Source: Octopus sinensis
Lineage: Eukaryota
Length of the DNA: 64,000 nt
Reading direction: 5' to 3'
Assembly (NCBI RefSeq): GCF_006345805.1
Contig: NC_043004.1
Span: 7,130,001-7,194,000 of the forward strand
A program made the position numbers and the translations under genes. The first letter of the stretch is position 1; every line of letters begins with the position of its first letter. This document shows positions 13,100-24,590 of this stretch, piece after piece. Under the pieces are notes generated by a model. The model did not search any database. It saw only the letters and a program-made list of their open reading frames with translations, and was not told the origin of the DNA.

Positions 13100-13316
13100 G
13101 GTGCCGGTGTAGTATGTGATCTACATTCAAAATTTTGTTAAATCATAAAAGATTTTGGGGTTTATATACCAAACCAACCGGAAGTCGAGTAAATAAATAG
13201 ATAAATTTTAAATGTAGATAAAAAAAAGTTGGTGTAGATCACAAACTATACCATTTGAACTAATGTAGATCACAAGCTATACCAGAAACATATAGATCAC
13301 ATACTACACCGGCACC
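13100..13316. mobile_element. MITE with 24-bp TIRs and 8-bp TSD (MULE- or Merlin-like)
   Basis: GGTGCCGGTGTAGTATGTGATCTA … TAGATCACATACTACACCGGCACC. TSD TATATTTG / TGTATTTG (7 of 8). Internal subrepeats TGTAGATCACAAxCTATACCA. Confidence 0.75.
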
Positions 13317-13781
13317 TGTATTTGTTTATATAGGCGTCGGAAATTAGTGTAGTGTAGTGTGTCTCAAGACAAATGTAGCGAATTGACTAGACACGAAAAT
13401 AAAAACCGATTCATTGAAAGCTTTATTTTTAATAGACACACACAAAGCCTATATTGTATGAAACGATGGTATTGTTATTTGAATCAACCACAACATATTT
13501 CCGACTGCATGTCGGAGTGTGCAGTACAATCCTTACTTTGTCAATTCTCTGACGTCCCTCATTTGTTTTAACACAAATTTCAAACAGTCTCAATGTTCCT
13601 GCATGCACTTATGCTACCCATCAGTTTTTTTTTTATATTTTTAACGATTAAAGCGGAAAGCCTGAGCAGGGTTCACGGCACCATAATATTAATAACTTTT
13701 AGCAAGGTCTCTATTTGAAACGTCGAAATTTATATCTCGTGGCCCATGGTCGTATCTTGTTTTACCAATATTATAAAGAAC

Positions 13782-14225
13782 TAAGGCAGCGAACTGCCAC
13801 AGGCGTTAGCACACCGGGCGAAATGCTTAGCGCTATTTCGTCTGTCTTTACGTTCTGAGTTCAAATTCCGCCGAGGTCGACTTCACCATTCATCCTTTCG
13901 GGCTCGGTAAATTAAGTACCAGTTGCATACTGGGGTCGATCTAATCGACTGGCCCCCATCCCCCAAAAATTTCAGGCCTTGTGCCTAGAATAGAAAAGAA
14001 TATTATAAAGAACTGGTTATCTGGCAGAATCGTTAGCACGCCGGGCAAAATGCCTAGCGGTATTTCGTCTGTCTTTACGTTCCGAGTTCAAATTACGCCG
14101 AGGTCGATTTTGCCTTTCATCCCATTCGTGGTCGATAAAACAAAATAGTTGAACACGGAGACCAATGTAATCGACTTTCCCCACTCCTCCGGAATTACTG
14201 GCCATGTGCCAAAAATTGAAACCAA
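13782..14225 (+). mobile_element. Two tandem MetaSINE-type (family B) copies just upstream of OSER1 coding exon 1
   Basis: tRNA-like head with B-box GAGTTCAAATT and central TTTCATCCTTTCGGG-type domain. Further + copies lie at about 18715-18930, 21672-21875, 23976-24207 and 37432-37640. Confidence 0.75.
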
Positions 14226-14489
14226 TATTATAAAGACCATTGTTTTCGTCACTTTCACTACCACTAACAAGAATAGCAATTACAATTATATATTGTATTC
14301 GTATCTGCTTTGATTTGTGAGATATGTTTAATATATGCCTTTCTCTGAGTAATTCTTTGTTTGTTTGTTTTTTTATTCTTCATTTTACAAATAATCGTTC
14401 TGCTAACTTACCAAATTTTTATATATTTCTTCGTTCTTAACCAAACAACCAACCACCCTACCAACCAAGCAGTCGATCGCCAGTAAACA

Positions 14490-14851
14490 ATGTCAGAAAT
14501 CAATAACAACATCACACAACCGCCTGTTGGTCTCATCAATGAGAAGAACGACAATAGCAGCCTTGGCGGCGGCGGCGTGTCGGCAGCGACAGCTAGCACT
14601 ATCATTGGTAACTCTACAACTGCAACTGAAACAGTTGCAACCACTACAACAATTACCACTACCACTACTATTACTTCTACCACGAACAACAACAACAACA
14701 CCAACAACAACACTAACTCTAACACCAACAGCAACACTAGTAATAGCAACAACCACAGTACCATAGAAAATATACAGAATGATTTCAGCAGCAACTCCGA
14801 TCTTGGATTACACAATGCTTTCGAACTGTTGGAGCTCGACTCTAAAACCTG
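14490..14851 (+). CDS. OSER1: OSER1-like protein, coding exon 1 (low-complexity N-terminus plus conserved LxxAFxxLxxD motif)
   Basis: ATG at 14490 (acaATG) lies downstream of a long AG-poor pyrimidine tract with a branch-like TGCTAAC. LHNAFELLELD resembles the N-terminal LQTAFKKLRVD motif of vertebrate OSER1 as I recall it. The donor TG|GTAAAT at 14851/14852 leaves phase 2, which matches the acceptor at 32597. Confidence 0.8.
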
Positions 14852-15149
14852 GTAAATATCTTAACATTGTTCTCCTGTTTTCCTTCCTTTCCTTTTTTCT
14901 TTTTAAAAAAAATTCTTTTATTTATTTATTTTATTGATAATTTCAATTGTAATTGTTAGTAATCCTAAAACTGGCATTGTTCTGATCAATAATCGCAACA
15001 CTGTAAACTACCGATGACTAATAAATACACTCCTTTTTTTTTTTACCACCAGTCATGCTATAATACATGCAGTTGACTCCTACACCCAACGTTTGATCTA
15101 GCGTAACTGAACATTTCAATCAGTTAGATTCCCATTACAAAAACTGATT

Positions 15150-15528
15150 TGCTCTTTTAATTGTTTCAGTCATTTGACTGCGGCCATGCTGAAGCACTGC
15201 CTGTAGTCGAGCAAATCGACCCCGGGACTTATTCTTTGTAAGCCCAGTACTTATTCTATCGGTCTCTTTTGCCGAACTGCTAAGTGACGGGGACATAAAC
15301 ACACCAGCATCGGTTGTCAAGCAATGCTAGGGAGACAAACATATACACACACATACACATATACGACAGGCTTCTTTCAGTTTCCGTCTACCAAATCCAC
15401 TCACAAGGCTTTGGTCGGCCAGAGGCTATAGCAGAAGACACTTGCCCAAGATGCCACGCAGTGGGACTGAACCCGGAACCATGTGGTTGGTTAGCAAGCT
15501 ACTTACCACACAGCCACTCCTGCGCCTA
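15150..15528 (-). mobile_element. Full-length family A CORE-type SINE
   Basis: The minus strand reads AGGCGCAGGAGTGGCTGTGTGGTAAG…GGTTCAGTCCCAC…TTGGGCAAGTGTCTT. Other - copies lie at about 15625-15961, 21068-21439, 25175-25531 and 26400-26773. Confidence 0.85.
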
Positions 15529-16925
15529 TTTATAAAAGACAAATACCCTTGAGAATATTGATATAAGCCTTACGATTCCTTGATTAGATATTAGAGGCAA
15601 TTAGTTTTTAAGTCTTTATATTTTTTTACTTGTACCGGTGACTGGACTCCGACCATGCTGGGGCATCACATTGAAGAATTTTTAGTCGAATGAATTACTT
15701 CCAGTACTTATTTTTTGTTACTACTTGGTACTGTTCTGTGTCTGTCCCTTTTTACCGGACAGTTAAGTTACGGAGACATAAATAAGTCAACAGTGGTTGG
15801 GGACAAACATAGACACACACACACCACGACTTCTTTCTATCAAATCCACTCATAAAGCTTTCTTCAACGCTGGCCTGTGGTTGTTGCCATTGGGTGGAAC
15901 TGAACCCGCAACCATGTGGTTGGGAAGCAAACTTCTTACCAACATAGCCATGCCTGCGCCTAGTATTTAGGTTCGAAAACTGATTTTTCAAATTTAGATC
16001 TAATTAACGGTTAAAAAATTATTTTTTGTTTTTTCTATAGAGGACTGGTAAGAATAGATTTTTTTAGATCGATAATCTAAACCTTGTTGAATGCGAAGAA
16101 TTTTGAAATTGTTTAATCTAAGGGAGATAAATGTTACGTTTTAAATTCAGTCGTGAAACAATGGGATCCGTGGAAACGGATGATGATGCGTCGTACACAA
16201 AAATGGAATAAATTTTTGCCGCGAGGAAGAAGACAACCCTAATGTTTCAGATAGGGCCATTTACCGGGTAGTTCTATCCATAACGTTAGACTTCTTACGA
16301 TAAAGTCCCAGATAAGTATCCTCAAGTTCACTTAAGAAACCGAAAGAATATGGAAGGGACATAACTGTTTGCAATGAATCAGCAGCTGTCATTAAGGCAT
16401 TGTTTACTACGGGAATAGTTCAATAGTTGTTCAACACACGGAATAATATAATCTTAGTTTTATACCCTTAAAATAATGAAATAAAAATGCATAATGGTTA
16501 CAGCTAGAATGACTTTGATCATCGGTCTGTCTGGTCTCAGTGTCGACCACAGGCAGTGAGTTTCAAAATTCTTTCCTCTTTAATCGTAAACAAAAACAGA
16601 ATTGTAAAGTAATGCAACGATATAACGAACACTAGAATAACAAAAGTTAAAATCTCAAAATGCAACAAGAACGAGGCTCTGTTTAATTTGCCTTAAATTT
16701 TGACTGTTTTTCTTACTACTTCTCATGTAACATTGCAAAATCAACGAGCATCTCCACATCTTCTAAGACATATATGTAAGTACATACGATTGATTAAGGT
16801 GTCAAAGAGTCAAGGTATGGACTGCTGTTGTAACATATAGATACTATATTTGATAACTATAAGACAACTTTTTGTGAACTGAGGTTGTTTTTGTATACCT
16901 ATACACACACACATATATACATCAA

Positions 16926-17295
16926 TATTTAACGTGCGTTTTCCATGCTGGCATGGGTTGGACGGTTTGACAGGATCTGGCTAGGTTAGGGACCACACTG
17001 GGTTCCATAGTCTGGTTTGGTTTCTACGACTGGATGCCCTTCCTAATGCCAACCACTTTACAGTGTACAGGGTACTTTTTACGTGACACTAGCACCCAAG
17101 CCATTGCTTTTAACATGACACCTCAGTTTTAGGATCTCGATTCTGTTGTAGTAGGCTGGTCTTCTTGAGTACAATAACGTGCCAATATCTCAGTCATCTG
17201 TCATCTCATTAGTAAGGTCCAGTGTTTTGAGATCGCCCTTCAATACCTTGTTCCATGTCTTCCTGGGTCTTCCGCTTCGGCAACTTCCCTATAAT
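16926..17295 (-). mobile_element. RTE-clade LINE 3' end (ORF C-terminus plus 3' UTR)
   Basis: The minus frame reads GRPRKTWNKVLKGDLKTLDL, typical of an RTE C-terminus. It runs into GTTGGCATTAGGAAGGGCATCC…CCATGCCAGCATGGAAA. UTR-only copies lie at about 8355-8715, 9140-9360, 20793-20970, 26146-26270, 31550-31745 and 36345-36563. Confidence 0.65.
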
Positions 17296-18074
17296 TTAAG
17301 TGTGTATATATAAATGTATATTTATGCACACATACATGTGTATACATCATTGTTGTTTAACATACGTTTTCCATGTTAGTATGGGTTTGACAGGAGCTGA
17401 GCAACTAAAGAGCTGAAGGCCCTCAGCTAACCTGGTTTCACTGGAGGCATTTCTATGACATGCTGATTAAGTGGGGACCCTATTAGGAGCTACTGGGAAT
17501 AATAGTAGCTAAGAGGTGGTTCTGCATTCTTCAAAACCCTTTAACTCTTTAACTAGGGTCTCCCAGTACCTGATGCAGTTCAAAATCATACCTAGGATAC
17601 ATTATACTATATTTATTTATTTATTGCCCACGGGGGGGGGGTAAAGATAGAGGGACAGACAAAGGGATTAAGTTGATAACATCGACCCCAGTGCTTAACT
17701 GGTACTTATTTAATCGACCTCAAAAGTATGAAAGGCAAAGTTGACCTCAGCGGAATAACTTTTTATTTTAATATAATATATTGTTTAACATCTAAGTGTG
17801 TTAAGAGTTGTTTCTTGTTAGAAACACGATGCTGACAAGGTTCTCTGGTTCCATCTCTTTTTCTCCAATCATTTCAGTTTTAAATGTTGACTGGGGCAAT
17901 GCGTTGTTGATTGGCCCTTGATCAAGCAGGCTTATGACTAAAGGCATGCCAATTGTGATCATTCCATCGTCTTTTAGGTATTGTGTATCTATGACGACAT
18001 CATCCAGCATCTTTTTCAAGACAGTGGAGTATGATTTGAGAGATAATTGTCTACATTTTCTATGAGGGTGATTC

Positions 18075-18345
18075 CCTTGTGTACTGTTTATTAGAAGTAC
18101 CCCTATAACCCTGCCTTGTGTACTGTTTATTAGAAGTACCCCTATAGCTCTGCCTTGTATACTGTTCATTAGAAGTACTCCTATAGCTCTGCCTTGTATA
18201 CTGTTTATAAGAAGTACTCCTATAGCTCTGTCTTGTATACTGTTTATTAGAAGTACCCCTATAGCTCTGCCTTGTATACTGTTTATTAGAAGTACTCCTA
18301 TAGCTCTGCTTTGTATACTGTTTATTAGAAGTACCCCTATAGCCC
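18075..18345. repeat. 39-bp minisatellite, 7 copies
   Basis: Unit TATACTGTTTATTAGAAGTACCCCTATAGCTCTGCCTTG, with starts spaced by 39 (18121, 18160, 18199…). It runs directly into a 5'-truncated family A SINE (18338-18616). Confidence 0.9.
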
Positions 18346-19104
18346 TGACTGACCAATGTTTGTAAGTGAATTTGGTAGATGGAAACTGTGGAAGTCCGTT
18401 GTGTGTGTGTGTGTTTGTACCTGTGTTTGTTCCACCCCTCTGCTTCAAGACTGGTGTTAGTTTATTTATGTCTCTTTAACTTACTGTGGTAAAAATGACT
18501 GATAGAATAAGCACCAGGCTTTAAGAATAAGTGTTGGGGTTGATCTGTTTGACTAAAACTCTTTAAGGCAGTACTCTAGCATGGCCACAAGCCAATGATT
18601 GAAATAAGTAAAAGATACCCGACATAAAAGAAAAAACAAAAAAAAATTAAGGTTTTAATTCCTGACCACATGATCAATAGTCCATTTAATTCTACTGTAT
18701 TCTACAATTCCTTCCAAGGCAGTGAGCAGACAGAAACATTAGCGCGATGGGCAAAATGCTTAGCGGTATTTTGTCTGTCTTTACATTCTGAGTTCAAATT
18801 CCGCCTAGGTTGACTTTGCCTTTCATCCTTTCGGAGTCGATAAATTAAGTACCAATTGTGTACTGGGGTTGATCTAATCGACTGGCCCCCTCCCCAAAAA
18901 TTTCAGGCCTTGTGTCTTGAGTAGAAAAGAATTATTAATATTCCTTGTTGTGTAAGATGGCAATATAGCAGAATTGTTAGCTCATCAGGCAGAATGCTTA
19001 GTTCAAATTCCACTGAGCTACCATGTTCTTTTTTGATTGTCTCTTTGCGTTAGTGAGACTTTGCGTTACTTGTTTGTTTTCTCAGGCAGCATTAATGTTA
19101 AGTG

Positions 19105-19700
19105 ATATGTACAAGTGCCCATTTGGTGACACATAAAAGTGCCTCTGTGGAATCACGTGAACGTGCCCATGCAATTCCACATAAAAGTGCCTGTGCAGTG
19201 CCATGTAAAAGTGCCCATGCGGTGCCACGTAAATGCCCTGGTACGGTGCCACGTAAAAGCCCCCGTGTGGTGCCACATAAAACCCCTCGTGTGGTGCCAC
19301 ATAAAAGCCCCTGTGCGGTGCCACGTAAAAGCCCCCATGCAGTGCCACGTAAATGCCCTGGTACGGTGCCACGTAAAAGCCCCCGTGTGGTGCCACATAA
19401 ACGCCCCCGTGTGGTGCCACATAAAAGCCCTGGTACGGTTCCACGATAAAGCCCCCATGCGGTGCTACGTAAAAGCCTCTGTGCCGTGCCACGTAAAAGC
19501 CCCTGTGCCGTGTTACGTAAAAGTGCCTGTGCAGTGCTACGTAAAGGTGCCCCTACAGTGCCACATAAAAGCACCGAGCACATTCTGTAAAATGGTTGGT
19601 GTTAAGAAGGGCATCCAGCCATAGAAACCATACCAAATCAGACTGGAGCCTCGTGCAGCCCCCTGGCTTGCCAGCATGACCAACAGATGTTAAATTATGG
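19105..19700 (+). repeat. 30-bp minisatellite (~15 copies) at the front of an RTE 3' UTR copy
   Basis: Unit ~GTGCCACGTAAAAGCCCCCGTGTG. It continues into GGTTGGTGTTAAGAAGGGCATCCAGCC. Confidence 0.85.
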
Positions 19701-21924
19701 ATTTATCTGGTGATTAAGTTCTAGAAATAAGGGAGCTGGAAAGAACAACTAGTGACTGTGTTTTGGACTACAATAGCCTTATAATAATGTATTAGCTGAT
19801 GTTAAAGTGGTTACCAAGTATTTACAACAGAATCTCTGGCCATGCTGAATTGTGTCTCTCAGCTCATTTTTGCTTAAATTATGCAAATTATCTTGACCAC
19901 AAATGTGTTCTACTCATTTTGTATGAGTCTAAGACCCTTGGCTGCTGGAGATGAGGTTGGACAATTGCCATGTTTACAATGCTCATTTAGCTAGAAACAT
20001 GTCTCCTTGGCTCTCATCTCCAGACAATAAACCTATCCCTTTCCTTAATGACATGTCAGTTTTGGTGGAAACTTGATTCTGGAGATTATCTCCCCTTCTC
20101 ATAGAGCTGTTCTTAATTATCATTTGTTAATTATGACATGTCTCCAGAGGCAGAAGCAATTTTGATAAACTAATATTTATGTTGTATGGTATTTGATATT
20201 CCTGTATTTGTACATCTTGGCATTAGGAAGGGCATCCAGCTGTAGAAAACTAGCCAGCATGGAAGGCAGATATTAAATGATGATGACTGATCTAATATTG
20301 ATTTCTTTCTTATACACAAAGCTTCAGATTTTGGGGAAGGGAACAGTTGCTTATATCAGTGCCAGTATTTGGTCGGTGCTGTATTTAATTGATTCTAGAA
20401 GGATGAAAGAGAAATTTGACTGCAGTGGGAATTTAGCTCAAAGCGTTAAAGGGTTGTAAATAAATATAGCAAGGCATTTTGTCAGACATTTTATTGATTC
20501 TCCCAAAACAACTTGTTCAGATGGTGTTTTTTTTTTTAAATATTACATTAGCATTTCATAAATAATACAATAGTGTTTATTGGTGTTGTAATAGACAATG
20601 TAGTGTTATTAGTAATGTTGTATAGCTTAGCTTGTACCACATTCCTGGCATTAGCATTTGCTAATTCTCTTTTTTTTCAGGTTTTCATTTGACAGTAATT
20701 AGCTCTTGTAGAATATAGAAAAACAATTTACCATATTTGATAGCATAAATGATGCACATGCATATTAGATGCATTCCATTTTCAACTATGTGTCATCATC
20801 ATTATCATCATTGTTTAACATCTTCCTTCCATGCTGGCATGGGTTGGACGGTTTGACAGGAGCCAACTAGTCATCATACTTCTGTGTCTGTTTTGGCATG
20901 GTTTTTATGGCTGGATGTCTTTCCTAACACCAACCACCCCACAGAGTGGGCTGAGTACTTTTTATGTGATTGAAGAAAAAAGTTTTTAGTGCATTAAAGC
21001 TTGTAATATCCAAAGCAGTTTCATGTATAAGATCTGGGGTAATTTTTTTTTTGAGGCATTTTATATTTGCTTCAGTCATTTGACTGCAGCCATGCTGGAG
21101 CACTGCCTTTAGTCGAGCAAATCGACCCCAGCACTTATTTTTTGTAAGACTAGTACTTATTCTATCGGTCTCTTTTGCCGTACCGCTAGGTTACGGGTAT
21201 TTAAACACACCAGTATTGGGTGTCAAGCGATGTTGGTGGGACAAACACAGACACACAAATATATATATATACATATATATGACAGGCTTCTTTCAGTTTC
21301 CGTCTACCAAATCCACTCACAAGGCTTTGGTCAGCCTGAGGCTATAGTAGAAGACACTTGCTCAAGGTACCATGCAGTGAGACTGAACCCAGAACCATGT
21401 GGTTGGTAAGCAAGCTACTTACCACACAGTCACTCCTGTCTTCAAATATAGTATAATGTTTTGTTGGGATTACCTGTGGATGTTAGAGGTTGGCACGGGC
21501 AAAGCGTATGTGCAGTAAGTTTCAAAAAGCCTGGGCAGATGGTTAGTAGTTGAACACTTAAACTGCAAGTGTTAAACTTCTATTCACGTTAGGGTTGAGA
21601 TTGTTTGTGTCGGGATGTGAAGAAATTGCAAGTAGGGGTTGGCAGTTGCCATTCCTCAACCTATTTATAAGATGAGCTGGCAGAAACGGAAGCATGACGG
21701 GTGAAATGCTTAGCGGTATTTCATCTGTCTTTACGTTCTAAGTTCATTTTTCTCTGAGGTCGAATTTGCCTTTCATCCTTTTGGTGTCAATGAATTAAGT
21801 ACCAGTTGCATACTGGGGTCGATCTAATTGACTAGCCCCCTCCTCAAAATTTGCAGGCCTTGTACCTAGAGTAAAAAAATTTTAAGATTACTTTATTTTA
21901 AAAAAAAGGTCAGATATAAGTCAT

Positions 21925-22268
21925 AGGTGCAGAAGTGGCTGTGTGGTAAGTAGCTTGCTTACCAGCCACAAGGCTCTGGGTTCAGTCTCACTGGGTGGCA
22001 CCTTAGGCAAGTGTCTTCTACTATAGCCTTGGGCTGACCAAAGCTTTGTGAGTGAATTTGGTAGATGGAAACTGAAAGAAGCCTGTCGTATATATATATG
22101 TGTGTGTGTCTGCGTTTGTCGCCCCACCGTCGCTTGACAACCAGTGTTGGTGTGTTTTCCTAGAATAAGTACTAGGCTTACAAAGAATAAGTCCTAGGGT
22201 TGATTTGTTTGACTAAAGGCAGTGCTCCAGCATGGCTGCAGTCAAATGATTGAAACAAGTAAAAGAAT
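21925..22268 (+). mobile_element. Family A SINE, inverted relative to the copy at 21068-21439
   Basis: Head GGTGCAGAAGTGGCTGTGTGGTAAG through tail AACAAGTAAAAGAATA. Confidence 0.85.
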
Positions 22269-23929
22269 AGGTGAATTAAACATTGGTGATGCTTTGTCCC
22301 CTGCTGAAGCAGCAAAAAATTCTCTGAGGTATCGCAAGCTCCATCACAGTATCAGAAACCCTTCCATATCATCATTTGGTATCTTAGAGTCACAAGCATT
22401 TTGCCTCTTAGCTTTTATGCTTTGCTTGAATTAGTCTTTGCTTGCATAAAGGTTCCGGTTTCAGTTGTCATGCCTGTTACTTTTGTGCTTTTCTTCAGCG
22501 GAAGTGTCTGGTAACAGAAAGTATTCTTATATTTTAATACTAGTCATTTTATTCAGATGAACTTTGCAAGTGTTTCAATATCTTGTTGAAGTAGTGAGTG
22601 ATAAAGACCATCACTCCTTACAGTATCAAGATGGTTGCAAGCTTTTGGTAGCAGTGAGGAAAACAAGAGCACAACTTTTTCTGCTAAGGAAGTTGACATT
22701 TCTCAACAAATTCACTATTTTCCCACAAATTACATTTGCCATATTTGAATCTAATTTCAACTGTTTGATCCCTCTGTTACTTAATGAAGATGTCCTGTGA
22801 TGTTAACATTAGTTGCATTTAATCCCAGTGGATCCACCACCCAACCTACATTTCAGTGGGGTGGCTAGAGTGTGTGCCGCCCAGAGCAGTCCTTGAGTTT
22901 ACTGCCCTCCACCCCATGCCCTCTATGCATAGAAGCTTATACACTGAACTCCAAAGTGATGCCCCTATAAATGTATCACCTGGGGTGGACACCTCTCCCA
23001 AACTACTCTAGCTATGCTACTATCTGGAATACTGATTTACCCTTTAGCATTTATTCTAAAATATTCTATCTGTTCTATGTTCAGCATCATCATCGTTTTT
23101 ATCCCACTGCTTGACCCCTTAGGTTAGTGTCTTCTGCTACAGATACAGGTTAACCAAAGCTTTGTGAGTGGATTTGGTAGATGGAAACTGAAAGAAACCC
23201 ATCACGTGTGTGTGTAGTTATGACTATCACCTTGTCTTGACATGATGTGAAGTTGTAAACGAGCGTCACCATGATAGTGTCATTTGTTTCCAACCTTTTA
23301 TTAAAATGTTTTGTTGTGTTTGGGGAGAATCATTTTCTTTTTGTGCCTTATAATTTAACACACTCACCGGTAAAATTCCCACTTATTCCTTATTTTTATT
23401 TTCCTAAAATTTTCATTGCATCTTGCAACCTTTTCAATAGTCATGCTTCAACACATGAACTCACATAAAGAATCTTGCAATCCAAATCTAATATTAAAAT
23501 GTTTGGTTTTGAAGAAATATTGGCTTTGTTGGAAACAGGTGAAGGTTGGCAACAGTAAGAGTATCTAGCTATAAAAAATCTGCCTCAACAAATTCCATAT
23601 GAGCTGTGTGAGCATTAAAATGGGGGTGATGATGGATGATGATATACATTTACAGAATAAATAAGCATTTAATTAATGCATTGCTATCAGTCGAATTAGT
23701 GATTTTTAATTAGAAATAATTATGCAGTAATTTATAGTCAGATTCCCTTCTTGTTGTCAACCCTTGCCTGTTTTTCAAGTGATTTTTAAAATTCTATAGC
23801 TGGAAGTTGGGTATTAAAAGATGATGTTGACAATCATGTTAGGTTTCTTTGGGATAATGTAATGTTTTTAATAGTTTCATTATTGCCATACTGGAGTGAG
23901 TGCTAGTTTTTGTCTCAAGGTTGTAATAA

Positions 23930-24590
23930 CATCATCATCGTTTAACATCTGCTTGCCATGCTGGCATAGGTTGGACGGCGAGCTGGCAGAAACGTTAGCA
24001 TGCCGGGCAAAATGCTTAGCGGTATTTCGTCTGCCGTTACGTTGTGAGTTCAAATTCCGCCAAGGTCGACTTTGCCTTTCATCCTTTCGGGGTCGATAAA
24101 TTAAGTACCAGTTACGCACTGGGGTCGATGTAATCGACTTAATACCTATGTCTGTCCTTGTTTGTCCTCTCTGTGTTTAGCCCCTTGTGGGTAATTAAGA
24201 AATAGGTTTGACTGAGGACTGGCAAGCTAGTAGGCTGCACCAGGCAAGGTTTCTACAGCTGGATGCCCTTCCTAATGCCAACCACTCTGTGAGTGTGGTG
24301 TGTGCTTTTTATGTGCCACAGACACGGGAGCCAGTCAGGGGGTACTGGCATTGACCACGTTTGGATTTTGCTTTTTTACATGTCACTGGCACGGGAGCCA
24401 GTCAGGGGTCACTGACATTGACCACGTTTGGATGGTGCTTTTTTACATGCCACTGACACAGGAATCAGTCAGGGCACTGGCATTGACCATGTTCAGATGG
24501 TGTTTCTTATGTACCACCAACATGGGAGCCAGTCAGGCGGGCCTGGCATTGACCACGTTTGGATGGTGCTTTTCCGTGCCATTGGCAGTA
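23930..24590 (-). mobile_element. RTE 3' UTR-type repeat with ~60-bp internal tandem units and a nested family B SINE
   Basis: (CAT)n tail, GGATGCCCTTCCTAATGCCAACC, 4-5 repeats containing GGCATTGACCACGTTTGGATGGTG. A family B SINE is inserted at ~23976-24207. Confidence 0.65.

Noticed and set aside
17801-19624. Long repetitive ORFs (215, 161, 136 aa)
   Set aside because: They are open in several frames and on both strands because 39- and 30-bp minisatellite units lack stops. They are intronic with no splice support.
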